Shown piece after piece: positions 61,800 through 64,000 of a stretch of DNA of 64,000 bases. The stretch is from Gnetum montanum. Lineage: Eukaryota > Plantae > Gnetophyta. The position numbers and the translations under genes are program-made. Each line of letters starts with the position of its first letter. The first letter of the stretch is position 1. Below the pieces are notes generated by a model. That model searched no databases. It was not told the DNA's origin and saw nothing but the letters and a program-made list of their open reading frames with translations. Location: positions 2,346 to 66,345 of the forward strand of contig MNCI01000167.1 in assembly GCA_015680685.1 (NCBI GenBank), written 5' to 3'.

Positions 61800-63300
61800 G
61801 AATGTTGATTACGACAAAATCTAAAATGAAATTGCACAAATCTAACAAGTTAGACAACATACAGAAATGTTGGACTGAACCATAATGTGTGGGTTTAGTG
61901 TGTACAGTTGATTTGATGTTGGCAGAACATTATTGATAGAGGCAGAATTGCGTACATCACGTGCATTAGAAGTATAGATATTGCTGAGAAAAGAAAACCC
62001 TGTTGGAGATGATATGTCCCTTCTTTTCACGATAGTGGAGGTGAGCTGATAAGATGGGAAATCTCTGTATATGCTAGCATATCTGGTCCTTGAAGTATGA
62101 GATTCATAAAAGAGAAAATCTGCCCATGACTCTTGGGTTTGCCTCAGGAAAGGATAAGAAGAATAATACAAACAAGGCAAGTGTCCAAATTTGTTCCACC
62201 ATCTGTAGAAAGCATCATTGGGTTGGATCTAAAGGGTTAAAGGAGATATCTATTGATGTCAGGGGCATGCAATGCAGGGTATGCTTTAATCTGATATACA
62301 TATAAAGAGTTTGAAACTCTTGCCAAATGATCAACAAACCAGTCAAAACTTCTTCTATATTGATTATTTAACTCAGAAAATTCATCAGCCGGTAGATTTT
62401 GTTCTTCTGGGGATGCATGTCAGAGGAATTTTGAAGACCTTTCCTGCCATCTTTGTCCAAGCAAGAATCCTGAAATACTCAAGAAGAATTGTTAAATTCT
62501 CAAGTCAAGTAATCTGCTTAATTATTAATTTTACATTCAATGAATTCTGCATCGAAATCAAAATTTGATAACCATAAAGACCATCTTAATAACCTAGAAC
62601 ATGCAACCTTATTCATATTTTTACTTTGTAAGAAGCTTTTGAAATGTTTAAGATCGTATTTAACAAGAAAATTTTCTGTTTGTAAGAAAACTCTAAAGCT
62701 TTCAATACTCTTGATGATGGCTAATATTTCTTTATGGGTGCTGTGATATTCTTGTTGGGTATTGTTGAAAGATCCTGAGGCGTATCTGCAGATTTTTTCT
62801 TTATTCTGATCTTTTTCCTTGAGTACTGCTCCCCAATATGTTTCAGATGCATCTGTTCCTAATGTTTTAAAACCATTGCTGGGCAATTTTAATTTTGGAA
62901 GATTTTTAACTTTTTTTATCTGCTTTACTGCTTGTGTATGCTTATCTGACCACTTAGGTGGTTTTTTAGTAAGCTGTTTGTTTAGCAGTTGTCTATCTGT
63001 GGCAACATTAGCATAGAGACCTGAAACATAATTTAGACATCTTAGAAATCTCTGTCGTTGATTTTTTATGTTTAATAATGTTCGGAAATTGAGATGTTTT
63101 CTTTAAGATGTGATCTTGCATTTGGATTTGTACTTCCTTTATGTGAATTCTTAAAAATTCAATTTTGGGAACTCCAATTTTCATTTTTGAAGGGGATAGA
63201 ACTAATCCATTGTTTTTAATGATTTCCTAAAAATGTTCTAGATGTTTAAGATGCTTGTGGACATTTTTACTAAATACTAGAATATTATCAATATAAGGTG
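61800..63300 (-). mobile_element. Endogenous caulimovirid (pararetrovirus) fragment: RT C-terminal half, RNase H and a downstream ORF
   Basis: PYIDNILVFSKNVHKHLKHL, QMQDHILKK, TDASETYWGAVL, ICRYASGSF, HSTHKEILAI, RLLRWSLWLSNFDF and ADYLTR. No integrase follows; the downstream fragment contains FYRWWNKFG. Confidence 0.85.
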
Positions 63301-63878
63301 GCAAATACGGTCCATCGTGGATTGAACACACCTAAAAAGCACTGTCCACAAATAGGTGAGAGTGATTACAATAACAACCATATGTTGGCTAAATAAAATT
63401 GCAGCTGCTCAATGACTGCAAAATTGTTGGCCAAGGACAGAATGTTAACACTGAGAAGGCTAAGGTATAAAAGATAGAGGCATTTGAAAGAATAGACATA
63501 ACATGAATTCTTTGAACTTTTTTATGATTTCACAGTAGGCAATTTTGTGAACAGCTACAGTGCACTAAAACCTTGTAGATTTGTTAAAATATGAAAATAC
63601 ATCAATACACAATAAGTACAAAAACGAAACTGTAATGTGCACACTATTGCAAACAATTTAGAGCTACAAGAGCTAGAAACAGCAGGAATAACAACATCCA
63701 ATTATCATATGGTCGTTTGTGGTCATTTATTTCAAATCTTTTGATTAATTCTACAGTAAAATTGCTAAACCTATGCGTGAATCCAATTGAACAAACCACA
63801 TTAATGACTCCACTATAAAACCACAAAACCTATGGGTGGATTTAAATTAACAGCACCAAGATCTAGCTCTAAAACAGG

Positions 63879-64000
63879 TCAATCAATGTTAATTTTAAGA
63901 ATTAAGAGATAATTTTAGAAGAAATTGCCATAGTAAAATATCAATCAATATTAATTTTAAGAATTAAGAGATAATTTTAGAAAAAATTGCCATAGTAAAA
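63879..64000. repeat. ~62-bp tandem duplication
   Basis: TCAATCAATRTTAATTTTAAGAATTAAGAGATAATTTTAGAARAAATTGCCATAGTAAAA twice. Confidence 0.8.

Overview
AT-rich land-plant nuclear DNA; the lineage cannot be fixed from sequence alone, but the protein divergence suggests a non-angiosperm. Bases 1-27.8 kb are a nest of decayed Ty3/Gypsy LTR retrotransposons. A minus-strand Athila-like element (5004-27769, TSD ACTAC) contains a pol-less Athila-like element (9119-19310, TSD TTAAC). That element's 5' LTR is split by an internally deleted relative (9940-11343, TSD TCTAC). Solo LTRs lie upstream. From 30323 the + strand carries the first 11 coding exons of an importin-11/KA120 gene that continues beyond the window. 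Its introns hold L1 and RTE LINEs, a non-autonomous Copia-type element, an LTR fragment next to an intronless CCR4-type deadenylase ORF, a 5S-like promoter core and an endogenous caulimovirid RT/RNase H fragment. The main finding is three divergent L1-type LINE copies whose 3' ends encode a shared DnaJ-like J-domain (one copy keeps YHPDK). In the most complete copy this module continues in frame from ORF2, where plant L1s often carry RNase H, as an 'Athila env-like' domain, then a coiled coil, then the J-domain. All translations and alignments were done by eye; no database searches were run.
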